A stretch of DNA of 64,000 nt from Candidatus Shapirobacteria bacterium. Lineage in GTDB: Bacteria > Patescibacteriota > Microgenomatia > UBA12405. The notes below the pieces were generated by a model. The model was not told the origin of the DNA. It saw nothing but the letters and a program-made list of their open reading frames with translations, and searched no databases. Shown one piece after another: positions 47,244 through 56,992 of the stretch; position 1 is the stretch's first letter; every line of letters begins with the position of its first letter. Position numbers and translations under genes: made by a program. The stretch spans positions 302,819-366,818 of the forward strand of contig JBAZYN010000001.1 in assembly GCA_041659325.1 (NCBI GenBank), written 5' to 3'.

Positions 47244-48398
47244 ATGAAGTTCCTATTGTTTTCCCACATCTCCCCGCCAGCCACCGATGGGGGATCAAGA
47301 CTCTTGTCCCAAATCGGCCAACACCTCTCCAAAAACCACACAGTAGAAACCTTATCTTCCGACTGTCAAAGCACCGATGATTTTATTAATCCCCGCTCCA
47401 AATCCCAAAAAAATGGCCTTCCAGTTTATAAGTTTCTTTACCGCCCCTTCAAATTACTGTCTCTGATTTTCCCCTCTATTTTGATTTTTGCCAAAGGCCC
47501 GATTTTTAAATTTATCCCGCTTGTTAAAACTATTATAAAAATCCAAAAGTTTAAACCTGACTTCGTAATTGCCGGGCCTTTCCCAACCACTATCCCGATC
47601 TATGCCCTGATTTTTTCAAGACTGATAAACCCCCGCCCAAAACTTATCCTGATCCCTTGTTTCCACTTTAGCGATCCCGTATTTTCAAAAAATATTCTCC
47701 TAAACATCTTAAGGCAAGCCGATTTTATCTGGTCTCTTACCGGTTTTGAAACCACCATGTACATTAATAAATTTGGTATCCACTCAAATCACATTCTCAC
47801 TCTGGGGGCCAGTATAGACATAGACACAACTCCCTTGCCCAAACCCAAAATCGGCAATCAAAACTTACTCTATGTCGGTAGTTTTGCCGCTCACAAAGGT
47901 ATCGATGTCCTAATCGACTCCTTTTCCGCTTTGTCCAAAAAATTCTCATCTCTATCACTCACTCTGGCCGGCCATCCTACTTTATATTCACCATTTATCT
48001 ATCAAAAAATTCAAAAACTCCCAAAAAATTTAACTCAAAGAATTACGGTCATTCCCAACTTTAAAGATTGCAAGTTGGCCGCTATCATCGATAAATGCTC
48101 TATCCTTGTCTTGCCCTCAAAACAGGAGAGTTTTGGCCTGGTGCTCCTGGAGGCCATGAGCAGAAAAAAACCAATTATTACCAGTGACATCCCCGCTTTA
48201 GCGGAAATGGTTGATTGCTCCCGTGCCGGTAAAACATTCAGCATTAATCATCCGTCTGATTTGAAAAACGTTTTAGACGAATTGCTACAAGATCCGACGT
48301 TGAGACAAAAATTAGGTCTATGCGGATATAAGTACCTTCAAAACAGCTGTAATTGGGATAAAATAATAGATAACCTATGCCAAAATATCTATCCATAG
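47244..48398 (+). CDS. Glycosyltransferase family 4
   Basis: Start set at the internal ATG (MKFLLFSH), avoiding overlap with the divergent gene. ILVLPSKQESFGLVLLEAMSRKKPIITSD is the E-x7-E region. Confidence 0.6.
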   Translation: MKFLLFSHISPPATDGGSRLLSQIGQHLSKNHTVETLSSDCQSTDDFINPRSKSQKNGLPVYKFLYRPFKLLSLIFPSILIFAKGPIFKFIPLVKTIIKIQKFKPDFVIAGPFPTTIPIYALIFSRLINPRPKLILIPCFHFSDPVFSKNILLNILRQADFIWSLTGFETTMYINKFGIHSNHILTLGASIDIDTTPLPKPKIGNQNLLYVGSFAAHKGIDVLIDSFSALSKKFSSLSLTLAGHPTLYSPFIYQKIQKLPKNLTQRITVIPNFKDCKLAAIIDKCSILVLPSKQESFGLVLLEAMSRKKPIITSDIPALAEMVDCSRAGKTFSINHPSDLKNVLDELLQDPTLRQKLGLCGYKYLQNSCNWDKIIDNLCQNIYP

Positions 48399-48844
48399 TT
48401 GCAATTCTAATCTTGTTCGGATTTCTGGTTTACAAAATCTTGTCAAAAGATTCACCCAAGGGAGTCGTCACCCTCGCCATCAACAATCAAAATTTCGATT
48501 TGGAGATTGCCAAAAGTATGGGGCAAAAAAGCGCCGGACTTTCGGGAAGACCCTCCCTGTGTAAAAACTGCGGTATGATTTTTGTTTATTCAACAGATGG
48601 TATATATCCGTTTTGGATGAAAGACACTCTTATCCCTCTTGACATGATTTGGATTAGCAAAGACGGAGTGATTACTGATATTTTTACCGCCCACCCGCAG
48701 CCCGATACCCCGATTACCAGGCTTACCCTCTATCAAAACACTACTCCCGCCCGATATATTATCGAGCTAAACGCCGGCATATCTACTCAAATCGGGCTAA
48801 AACCCGGTAATCGCATATGGATCGATCCCCCAACTTTTCCATAA
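48377..48844 (+). CDS. DUF192-domain protein with N-terminal signal/TM
   Basis: MIFVYSTDGIYPFWMKDTLIPLDMIWISKDGVI is the DUF192 (COG1430) core. Confidence 0.5.
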   Translation: MPKYLSIVAILILFGFLVYKILSKDSPKGVVTLAINNQNFDLEIAKSMGQKSAGLSGRPSLCKNCGMIFVYSTDGIYPFWMKDTLIPLDMIWISKDGVITDIFTAHPQPDTPITRLTLYQNTTPARYIIELNAGISTQIGLKPGNRIWIDPPTFP

Positions 48845-49791
48845 TAATTCCGAACTTGAACGGTAGTTCGTATCTGAAACTCTGTTTGCCTTCTCTTCTC
48901 ACCTCGGTTTCTAACACCAGAAGCTCAAAATTTGAAATAATTCTTATCGATAACGGCTCAACCGACGACAGCATTGATGTTTTTGGCAATCTTTTGCCGC
49001 CATCCGACTTACTTTCAACCAAAATTATCCTGCATACCAAAAACACCGGTGTATCAGCGGCATTCGCGCAGGGGATAGAAAGATCGTCTTTCCCCTGGAC
49101 TGTAATACTAAACAACGATATTACTTTCAAACCAGACTGGTTTCCTTTGATTTCACAAGCTATTTCCAAAAATAATGACCCAAAAGTTGTCACTTTTTTG
49201 GGCACCATCCTAAACCACGACGGTTCGAAAATTGAAAGCCAAGGGCTGAAATTTTTCTACCGTGGCAAATGCCTCAATATCAACAACGGAAAACTCTATA
49301 GCTCCAACGATCCATCGCTTCAAAGCTCTCCTACTCTAATTTGGGGGGCTCCCGCTGCCTGTGTCGTTTACCATCGCGATACTATTTTAAAAGTCGGCAA
49401 CTTTGATCCTGACTTCTTTGCCTACGAAGAAGATGTGGATTTAGCTCTCCGGCTTAGTAACCTAGGTTACAAAACACTCTATATTCCGCAAGCTATCTCT
49501 TATCATTTGGGAGGCGCCACCTCCTCAAAGATGGGAAATTTCCGTCATTGCATGGACGCCAAAAATTGGTTTTTCATCATCATAAAAAATTACTCCCTCA
49601 AAGAATTAAGAGCCAATTTATTTCCCATTATTGAAGAAAGGCTGAGAAATTTGTCATATCTTGTAAAAAAAACCCCTCTCCGTCTAGTTTTTAATTCAAT
49701 AGTTGCAACTTATTGGGGAGTAGCCAAACAAATTCCTGCCATGATTCGCAAGCGTAAAGCGATCAAAAAATTGATAAAATCAGCTACATGA
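48817..49791 (+). CDS. Glycosyltransferase family 2
   Basis: FSIIIPNLNGSSYL ... IILIDNGSTDDS ... ILNNDI. Confidence 0.65.
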   Translation: MDRSPNFSIIIPNLNGSSYLKLCLPSLLTSVSNTRSSKFEIILIDNGSTDDSIDVFGNLLPPSDLLSTKIILHTKNTGVSAAFAQGIERSSFPWTVILNNDITFKPDWFPLISQAISKNNDPKVVTFLGTILNHDGSKIESQGLKFFYRGKCLNINNGKLYSSNDPSLQSSPTLIWGAPAACVVYHRDTILKVGNFDPDFFAYEEDVDLALRLSNLGYKTLYIPQAISYHLGGATSSKMGNFRHCMDAKNWFFIIIKNYSLKELRANLFPIIEERLRNLSYLVKKTPLRLVFNSIVATYWGVAKQIPAMIRKRKAIKKLIKSAT

Positions 49792-50921
49792 TCATCTGCA
49801 TAGACATAACTTCGATTCCTTATGGCACGGGTGTCAGCAACTATACCCTCAACCTGGTCCGTAATTTGGTCAGACTGGACAAGGGCAATAATTATAAGTT
49901 ATTTTTTTCGTCTTTCCGCCTGCCGATTCCCTCCGAAATCACTGAGCTGAAAAAGTACCAAAACGTCAAAATTTATCGCTATTTCCTACCCATCAGTTTT
50001 CTTGAAATTATCTGGAACCGTCTGCATATTTTCCCGATTGAATTTTTTGTCGGCAAATGCGACATTTTCCACACCTCAGACTGGACCCAACCACCCACCG
50101 CTCAAGCCAGAACCATAACCACCGTTCACGATCTAGCTCCGTTTTTATTCCCCCAGTGGCAACACCCGAAAATCATTGAAACCCACTCCCGTAAGCTAAA
50201 ACTAGCCACCAAAAAATGCTCTCGGTTTATCTGTGTTTCCCAAAATACAAAAAAGGACCTCCTCCATTTTTTCCCTCAAATTTGTACCGACAGAATTTCG
50301 GTAATTTATGAAGCAGCCGAAGATAAATATGATAAATTCGTCAAACTTTCCAAAGAACTACAAAAGAAAAAAAAGGATATTATCCACCACCAATACGGAC
50401 TTAACAAATTTATATTAGCTCAGGGAACCAGAGAACCACGAAAAAATCTTACCAAGCTTATCGAAGCCTTTAATCTCTTCAAAAAAGCTAACCCCAGAAG
50501 TACTATCGAGCTAGCTATTGCCGGCAAGTATGGTTGGGGACAAGATGTGATTCATCTTAAAAACCCATCTGTAAAAATACTGGGGTATATACCGGAAAAA
50601 GATATGGTGGCTCTCCACGCCAGTGCTCTTTGCCTGGTCTATCCCTCGCTTTATGAAGGTTTTGGCTTACCGATTGTAAAATCAATGAAAGTCGGCACCC
50701 CGGTCATCGCCGGTAATACTTCTTCCCTGCCAGAAGTAAGCGGAAATGCCGCTATCCTGGTAGATCCCACCAGTGTCGGTAATATCGCCAAAGCCATAGA
50801 AAACATTGTTAAGTCGCCCAATCTCCGCCGTAACCTAGTCAACAAAGGCTACAAACAGGCAGCAAAATTTAGTTGGAATTTAGTGGCAAAAAACACTATA
50901 GATGTTTATAACTCACTGTGA
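49788..50921 (+). CDS. Glycosyltransferase family 4
   Basis: CLVYPSLYEGFGLPIVKSMKVGTPVIAGN. Confidence 0.7.
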   Translation: MIICIDITSIPYGTGVSNYTLNLVRNLVRLDKGNNYKLFFSSFRLPIPSEITELKKYQNVKIYRYFLPISFLEIIWNRLHIFPIEFFVGKCDIFHTSDWTQPPTAQARTITTVHDLAPFLFPQWQHPKIIETHSRKLKLATKKCSRFICVSQNTKKDLLHFFPQICTDRISVIYEAAEDKYDKFVKLSKELQKKKKDIIHHQYGLNKFILAQGTREPRKNLTKLIEAFNLFKKANPRSTIELAIAGKYGWGQDVIHLKNPSVKILGYIPEKDMVALHASALCLVYPSLYEGFGLPIVKSMKVGTPVIAGNTSSLPEVSGNAAILVDPTSVGNIAKAIENIVKSPNLRRNLVNKGYKQAAKFSWNLVAKNTIDVYNSL

Positions 50922-52018
50922 TTATCGGCATCGATGGCAATGAGGCAAATACCTACTCCCGATTTGGGGTAGGACAGTATGCCTTTCACACGCTTATAGC
51001 CCTCTATAAACTCGACTATAAAAACCAATACCACATCTATCTAAAAAATCCACCGTTGCCTGATCTCCCGCCAAAAAGAAACAATTGGACCTATCATATC
51101 TTTGGCCCATCCCGACTCTGGACCAAAATAACTCTCCCCCTACACTTATATTTTGACCGAGTTAAACTCGATCTTTTTTATTCTCCGGGGCATTACTCTC
51201 CCCAATTTTCTCCCTTTCCCACCATGCCCACCATCCACGACCTTGGATATCTTCAATCCCCCAAGCAATTTACAAAAAAAGACTTTTATCAGCTGAAACA
51301 TTGGACAGAAAATTCCTTAAAATCCGCCTCTCACATCGTTACGGTGTCCGAATTTTCCCGATTGGAGTTAATGAAAATCTATCAAATCCCATCCACAAAA
51401 ATCACTCTCGCCAGAAACGGAGTAGGGAAGCCGCTTCCCATCTCAAACAACCTATCTGACAAGATTCTCTCAAAATTTAAGATAAAAAAACCATATTTTT
51501 TGTGTCTTGGGACCCTTAAACCAAATAAAAACATCCCCTTTCTAATCAAGGCTTTTTCCGAATCAAAAATTGCCGACCATCAGCTCGTCATTGCCGGAAA
51601 AAAGGGTTGGCTTTTTGATGATATTTTTGAGGCAGTTCTTAAGGAAAAAATGGAGAACAAAATAATATTTACGGATTTCATCAGCGAAAAAGAAAAATGG
51701 GCACTATACCAAAATGCTATCTGTCTGGTCATCCCAAGCCTCTACGAAGGTTTTGGCATCCCTGCCATTGAATCGATGAAAGTCGGCACTCCGGTAATTG
51801 CTAGCAACATCCCCTCTCTTTCTGAGGTAACAGGAAATGCCGGGCTGCTAGTAGACCCCTTCGATTCAAAAAGTCTGGTTTCAGCCCTCAGACAATTGAC
51901 AAACCCGAAGATCCGTCAAAAGTTATCCGCCAAATGTTTACCTCAAGCCAAAAAGTTTACCTGGGTCAACACTGCCCGGTCCCTCATCTCTGCATTTACT
52001 AAAGTAACCAGGATTTAA
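50918..52018 (+). CDS. Glycosyltransferase family 4 (GTG start)
   Basis: CLVIPSLYEGFGIPAIESMKVGTPVIASN; paralogous to the previous gene. Confidence 0.7.
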   Translation: MIIGIDGNEANTYSRFGVGQYAFHTLIALYKLDYKNQYHIYLKNPPLPDLPPKRNNWTYHIFGPSRLWTKITLPLHLYFDRVKLDLFYSPGHYSPQFSPFPTMPTIHDLGYLQSPKQFTKKDFYQLKHWTENSLKSASHIVTVSEFSRLELMKIYQIPSTKITLARNGVGKPLPISNNLSDKILSKFKIKKPYFLCLGTLKPNKNIPFLIKAFSESKIADHQLVIAGKKGWLFDDIFEAVLKEKMENKIIFTDFISEKEKWALYQNAICLVIPSLYEGFGIPAIESMKVGTPVIASNIPSLSEVTGNAGLLVDPFDSKSLVSALRQLTNPKIRQKLSAKCLPQAKKFTWVNTARSLISAFTKVTRI

Positions 52019-52030
52019 TATAATCAAACC

Positions 52031-52627
52031 ATGAAAGATAAAAACGGCAAAAACCTTGAATCCGGGGAGGTCTTTGAAAAAATATCCAACCGCATCGGCT
52101 CAGTCAGTCTGGAATTTTGGCTGATGGTTCTTCGTTTTGTCGGGTTTATTCCCCTGCATACGGTACGAAAACTTTTTTATCTTGCCTCGGGTCTAAAAAT
52201 TCCATTCTTTGGCTCTACCATCCATATTGGCGCCAACTTTTTTAATCCCGAAAACATAACAATTGGCCACGATACTATTATTGGCGACCACTGCTTTTTG
52301 GACGGACGAGCTTCGCTGACTATCGGCAGTCATGTCGGCATTGCTTCCCAAGTCTTAATCTACAACGATGAGCATGATATAAATTCACCCGATTACGGCA
52401 ACTCATTTGGGCCAGTAACTATTGAGGATTATGTTTTTATTGGCCCTCGGGTCATTATTTTACCAGGAGTAAAAATTGGTAGGGGAGCGGTAATTGCCGC
52501 CGGAGCTGTTGTTACCAAAGACATCCCTGCCCTTGAAATCTGGGGAGGGGTACCGGCTAAAAAAATAAAAAATAGGGAGATAAAAAACTTAAATTATCGT
52601 CTCGGTCGACCAATGCTTTTCCAATGA
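52031..52627 (+). CDS. Hexapeptide-repeat acetyltransferase
   Basis: IGHDTIIGDHCFL...IGSHVGIASQVLI...IGPRVIILPGVKIGRGAVIAAGAVV. Confidence 0.65.
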   Translation: MKDKNGKNLESGEVFEKISNRIGSVSLEFWLMVLRFVGFIPLHTVRKLFYLASGLKIPFFGSTIHIGANFFNPENITIGHDTIIGDHCFLDGRASLTIGSHVGIASQVLIYNDEHDINSPDYGNSFGPVTIEDYVFIGPRVIILPGVKIGRGAVIAAGAVVTKDIPALEIWGGVPAKKIKNREIKNLNYRLGRPMLFQ

Positions 52628-53178
52628 ACATAAAAAAAATCGCAAAATTTGTTCCCTTGTTCTTTTTTAATCTTCTGGCTGTCTTTTACCTGATCGCCCC
52701 CCTCCCGGCAATTCCGGACTTATCAAACAGCGCCAAATCTGACGAACCCGGAGACACCACCCAACTACAAAACGTAGCCGGGTATTACACCAACCTCAGC
52801 CGCACCGAAGTTATAAATTTCTATAAAGCCAATTATAATGGATTCTTTCGAATCCAAATCAACCATCCACCTGAAAAAGCAAAACAGATTATCAGAGATA
52901 CTATCCAAAGCTACTATCTGGAAGAATTTATCCTGCCTTTCAGAGAATCATTGTTCGTTAATGGTTTTGAATGGAAAAACGACGTATTTACAAAACCGGA
53001 AAAAAGAATTGCCAATCGTCTTCTCTTTAAAGGCATAGAATACCAAGCAAAAATTACTACAAAAACTTTCCCCGTCCCGATTTTAAACCGATTAGTCTCT
53101 TTCTTCTTTATTGAAACAGTCGTAATTATTCTCTTAAAAATCTATTCGGGTTTTATCTTTAAAAAACGTCATGCTTAA
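52624..53178 (+). CDS. Hypothetical membrane-anchored protein (N- and C-terminal TM)
   Basis: 184 aa. ATGA-coupled on both sides. No motif recognised. Confidence 0.3.
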   Translation: MNIKKIAKFVPLFFFNLLAVFYLIAPLPAIPDLSNSAKSDEPGDTTQLQNVAGYYTNLSRTEVINFYKANYNGFFRIQINHPPEKAKQIIRDTIQSYYLEEFILPFRESLFVNGFEWKNDVFTKPEKRIANRLLFKGIEYQAKITTKTFPVPILNRLVSFFFIETVVIILLKIYSGFIFKKRHA

Positions 53179-54127
53179 ACCGGTAATTTCCATCATCATA
53201 GTTTCTTTTAACACCGAAAAAATCACTTTCGACTGTATAAAGTCGGTCCTAGCTGACAAAGGATTATCTTTTGAGCTCCAAAGAATCGATCTGTCGGGAA
53301 AAACTCCAGCAGAACTTATAGTTGTCGACAACTACTCCCGTGATAATTCATTAAAAGAAATCGCCAAATTCCCCTTTATCAAGATAATAAAAAATAAATC
53401 AAATCTGGGATTTGGTAAGGCCAACAATCAGGGGATCAATAAAGCCCTTGGCAACTACCTCCTTTTTTTAAATTCCGATACCGTAATCCTTCATTCCGCC
53501 ATCAGCCAAGCCCTAAACTGGCTCTCTTCACATCCTGAAGCCTCTGCATGTACTGCTCAATTACTCAACTCCGATCAAACTATTCAAGCATCTGGAGGTT
53601 TTTTCCCGAATTTGCTAAATGTTTTTACTTGGTCGACAGGGCTTGATGACCTACCTCTGATAAACAAACTAATTCTACCCCTCCACCCTCACACTCCGCA
53701 GTTTTACACCCATGATGATTTTTATAAAAAGGATCATCCCCAGGACTGGATAACCGGAGCATTCATGCTCCTCCGAAAATCAGCGTTGACCGAAAATCCC
53801 GGATTTGACGAAAACTACTTTATGTACGGCGAAGAACTGGAGTGGCTGTACAGAATTAAAAAAAGCCACCCCACAACACAAACATGGTATCTTGTTGGAC
53901 CGCAAATTATTCACCTGGGCGGCGCCTCTGCCACCAACAAAGCCGATCCTGTTATCAATGAGTATCTTGGTATTATGTCATTTTTCAAAAAACACAAAAG
54001 TGACCTCCAATTCCGAACGGTCAGGTTACTTTTGAAAACTAACTGCTCTCTTCGACGTATAATATATTCAATATTTGGCGAAAAAACCAAATCTTCTATT
54101 TACACCCAAGCATGCTCAAAAATTTAA
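53171..54127 (+). CDS. Glycosyltransferase family 2
   Basis: ISIIIVSFNTEKIT ... LIVVDNYSRDNS ... FLNSDT. Confidence 0.65.
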   Translation: MLKPVISIIIVSFNTEKITFDCIKSVLADKGLSFELQRIDLSGKTPAELIVVDNYSRDNSLKEIAKFPFIKIIKNKSNLGFGKANNQGINKALGNYLLFLNSDTVILHSAISQALNWLSSHPEASACTAQLLNSDQTIQASGGFFPNLLNVFTWSTGLDDLPLINKLILPLHPHTPQFYTHDDFYKKDHPQDWITGAFMLLRKSALTENPGFDENYFMYGEELEWLYRIKKSHPTTQTWYLVGPQIIHLGGASATNKADPVINEYLGIMSFFKKHKSDLQFRTVRLLLKTNCSLRRIIYSIFGEKTKSSIYTQACSKI

Positions 54128-55527
54128 AAATCTTGCGACCGGTTTTAGCTTTACTAATTCTGTTTATTCCTCTCTATCCAAAGTTCCCCCTGTCTTCCGT
54201 AAAAGGAACCTATGTTGCTATCAGACTTGATGACATCATTGTTTCTATTGCCATCGTCATTTGGGTGATATATCAGTTAAAACATAGGCTCCCGATTATA
54301 AAATTAAAAATTAGCCAATTATTTATTGCCTATTTTCTAGCAATCATTGCTAGTACTATCAATGCAATTCTTGTTTATCAGACTGACCCGATCAACATCC
54401 TTGTTCTCCACTTAATCCGTCGCTTCGAGTATATGGCCTTATTTTTTATCACCATCGATGCCATTAAAACAAAAAAAGACCTGCTCTTTCCATATATATT
54501 CCTCCTGGTGGCGACCGTATCAGTCACTGTCTACGGATACGGTCAAAAGTATCTGGAATTTCCGGTAGTTTCTACCATGAATTCTGAATTTTCTAAAGGC
54601 CAACTCCTGCAGATGGATATCTGGACCAGAATCAATTCAACCTTTGCCGGGCACTATGACTTAGCCGCTTACCTGAGCGTCGTGCTGATAATCATCGGCT
54701 GTGCGTTTGTCATCTCAAAAAATAAATATCTAAAAATTGCCAGTCTCTTAGCTTGGCTTCCTGCTTTTCAAATTTTTACCTTTACTGCCTCAAGAATATC
54801 CACCTTTTCTTTTTGGGGAGCCATAGTCCTGACCTTATTTTTAATTAGAAAATATCTCTGGATTATTCCTGTTTCCGCCATCGTCATTTTTAGTATTATG
54901 AACTCCAAAGACTTAAACCAAAGACTTTTGGCCACTATCCCCTCCATTGCCGGGATTTTTCAGGCCAAAGCTACCGTCACCCCGCTTCCGACCATTACCA
55001 TCGCCGCCCCCACACCCCAAGTTATTGTTACTGTCATCCCCACCCCTACGATCATCATCGTTGCTACCCCTATCCCCACTATCTTTCGCCACCCGCCCAT
55101 AGATGAATTTATTCCGGTTGATAGCGATGTTGGTGTCGTCCGCTCGGGTGAAATCCGTTTTAATGCCGAGTGGCCAAGAGCCATAAGTGCCTATTCTAAA
55201 AATTACCTGGTTGGTACTGGTCTAGGTTCAATCACCCTAGCCACCGACAATGACTATCTCCGACTGTTGGGAGAAAGCGGTCTTTTGGGTTTTATTTCTT
55301 TCATGGCCATAATTGTCTACTTCATCGTTCGATCAATCCCTTCAGTTTTCAGAAAACAACAAACAACTCTGGATATCATCAATTTAATCCTACTGGGTGG
55401 ACTAATCGCCACATTGGCAAACGCCATGTTTATCGACGTGTTTGAGGCCTCCAAGACTGCTTACACTTTTTGGATTATGATGGGTATCTTTTATCAGAGT
55501 CTAGCCCTCAATGTCAAAAAATCTTAA
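54112..55527 (+). CDS. O-antigen ligase/polymerase-like (Wzy/WaaL superfamily) membrane protein with Pro/Thr/Ile/Val-rich insert
   Basis: 471 aa, multi-TM. Low-complexity insert TVTPLPTITIAAPTPQVIVTVIPTPTIIIVATPIPT at about aa 285-325. Confidence 0.4.
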   Translation: MLKNLKILRPVLALLILFIPLYPKFPLSSVKGTYVAIRLDDIIVSIAIVIWVIYQLKHRLPIIKLKISQLFIAYFLAIIASTINAILVYQTDPINILVLHLIRRFEYMALFFITIDAIKTKKDLLFPYIFLLVATVSVTVYGYGQKYLEFPVVSTMNSEFSKGQLLQMDIWTRINSTFAGHYDLAAYLSVVLIIIGCAFVISKNKYLKIASLLAWLPAFQIFTFTASRISTFSFWGAIVLTLFLIRKYLWIIPVSAIVIFSIMNSKDLNQRLLATIPSIAGIFQAKATVTPLPTITIAAPTPQVIVTVIPTPTIIIVATPIPTIFRHPPIDEFIPVDSDVGVVRSGEIRFNAEWPRAISAYSKNYLVGTGLGSITLATDNDYLRLLGESGLLGFISFMAIIVYFIVRSIPSVFRKQQTTLDIINLILLGGLIATLANAMFIDVFEASKTAYTFWIMMGIFYQSLALNVKKS

Positions 55528-56992
55528 ACCAATTCTGGTCTTGGCTCTGTTGGCTCTCGGGACCTTTGTCCGCCTTTACAAAATCACCAATCCCGTTGCC
55601 GATTGGCACTCGCATCGCCAAGCAGATACCGCCTCAGTCACCCATAATTTTCTTGAAAATGGAATTAATTTTTTTGTCCCCATTTATCACGATCTATCCA
55701 ATGTTCAGTCGGGAATCGACAACCCAAAAGGCTACCGAATGGTAGAAGCCCCGATCTACAATATCGCTTCAATTTTCGTCCATCGGATAATTCAAATTTT
55801 TGACAAAAATATTACCATCGATAGATCATCGCGCCTCACCTCCGTTCTTTTTTCCGAAATTAGCGCCCTCCTAATTTTTTTTATCTGCCAAAAATATACC
55901 GGCAATTTTTTTGCCTCGATTCTGAGTATGGCCGTATTTCTTTTTCTACCTTTCAACATTTATTACTCCCGATCAATCCTTCCCGAAAATACCGCCATTA
56001 CCCTAATGCTTTTGTCCATTTGGACTTTTGACAAATCCATTATTTTATCCGGTTTCTTTATCTCTCTTTCAATCCTTTGTAAACCCTTTACTGCCCTTAT
56101 CTCATTTCCAACGCTTTTATATCTGTCATATCAAAAATATCGACATACCATAAATTTAAAAAGCCTGCTCTCCCTACTTCTGTTCGGCGTAATTGCCCTG
56201 ATTCCTTTTTATTTTTGGCGTCGTTGGATCGCTCAATTCCCCGAAGGTATCCCCGTAAACGCCTGGCTTTTTAATGACAACCCCACTCCTTTTCTTCCCG
56301 AATGGTACAAAGGGTACAACCTGACCTTTTTTAATAAACTTGTGGCTTTCCGTCCTTTTTGGTTTAAGTGGCTTTTTTTTGAACGAATCAATAAACTCAT
56401 TCTTGGCTCTTTTGGCCTAATTCCATTGTTCCTGGGCTTTGCTTATAAAAAAAACCACAGCCAAAAAATTACCCTGTCCTTGGTCCTTGGAATTCTTTTA
56501 TATTTTATTATCGTTGCCCAAGGGAATATTCAACACGACTATTATCAGGCTCTAATTATTCCATCCATATCAATTATCGTCGGCTTCGGATATTTTTATA
56601 TGGCCAACTTTGTTTTTAAAAACAAAACCATCGCCTGGTTTTCAATCCTTATCGTTTACCTTTTTTCCTTTTACTTTTCCTGGGACCAGGTAAAGACATA
56701 CTACAAAATTAATAACTCCGCCATTGTCGCCGCCGGAGACAAAATCCGAGAGTTGACCCCCAAAAACGCCCTTGTCGTTGCCCCCTATAACGGTGATACC
56801 GCCTTTTTGTATCAAACCAAACGATCGGGCTGGCCGACCGAAATCTATAACCTGGATGAGTTAAAATTAAGACACGGGGATAACCCATTTTATTTAGTCT
56901 CCGTCAGTTTTGACAAATACACCACAGACTTTGCCGCTCAATACAAAACTGTCTACAAAAATGACCAATTTATTATTTTGAATCTAAACTGA
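55511..56992 (+). CDS. GT-C-type membrane glycosyltransferase (PMT/ArnT-like, GT39/GT83-like)
   Basis: 493 aa. N-terminal TM, then a loop with the DxD-like HSHRQADTAS motif, then multiple TM helices. Confidence 0.4.
   Translation: MSKNLKPILVLALLALGTFVRLYKITNPVADWHSHRQADTASVTHNFLENGINFFVPIYHDLSNVQSGIDNPKGYRMVEAPIYNIASIFVHRIIQIFDKNITIDRSSRLTSVLFSEISALLIFFICQKYTGNFFASILSMAVFLFLPFNIYYSRSILPENTAITLMLLSIWTFDKSIILSGFFISLSILCKPFTALISFPTLLYLSYQKYRHTINLKSLLSLLLFGVIALIPFYFWRRWIAQFPEGIPVNAWLFNDNPTPFLPEWYKGYNLTFFNKLVAFRPFWFKWLFFERINKLILGSFGLIPLFLGFAYKKNHSQKITLSLVLGILLYFIIVAQGNIQHDYYQALIIPSISIIVGFGYFYMANFVFKNKTIAWFSILIVYLFSFYFSWDQVKTYYKINNSAIVAAGDKIRELTPKNALVVAPYNGDTAFLYQTKRSGWPTEIYNLDELKLRHGDNPFYLVSVSFDKYTTDFAAQYKTVYKNDQFIILNLN

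Noticed and set aside
54960-55184. ORF 54960-55184 (-), Gly/Val/Met-rich
   Set aside because: It is an antisense artefact of the Pro/Thr-rich repetitive tract in the Wzy-like gene.
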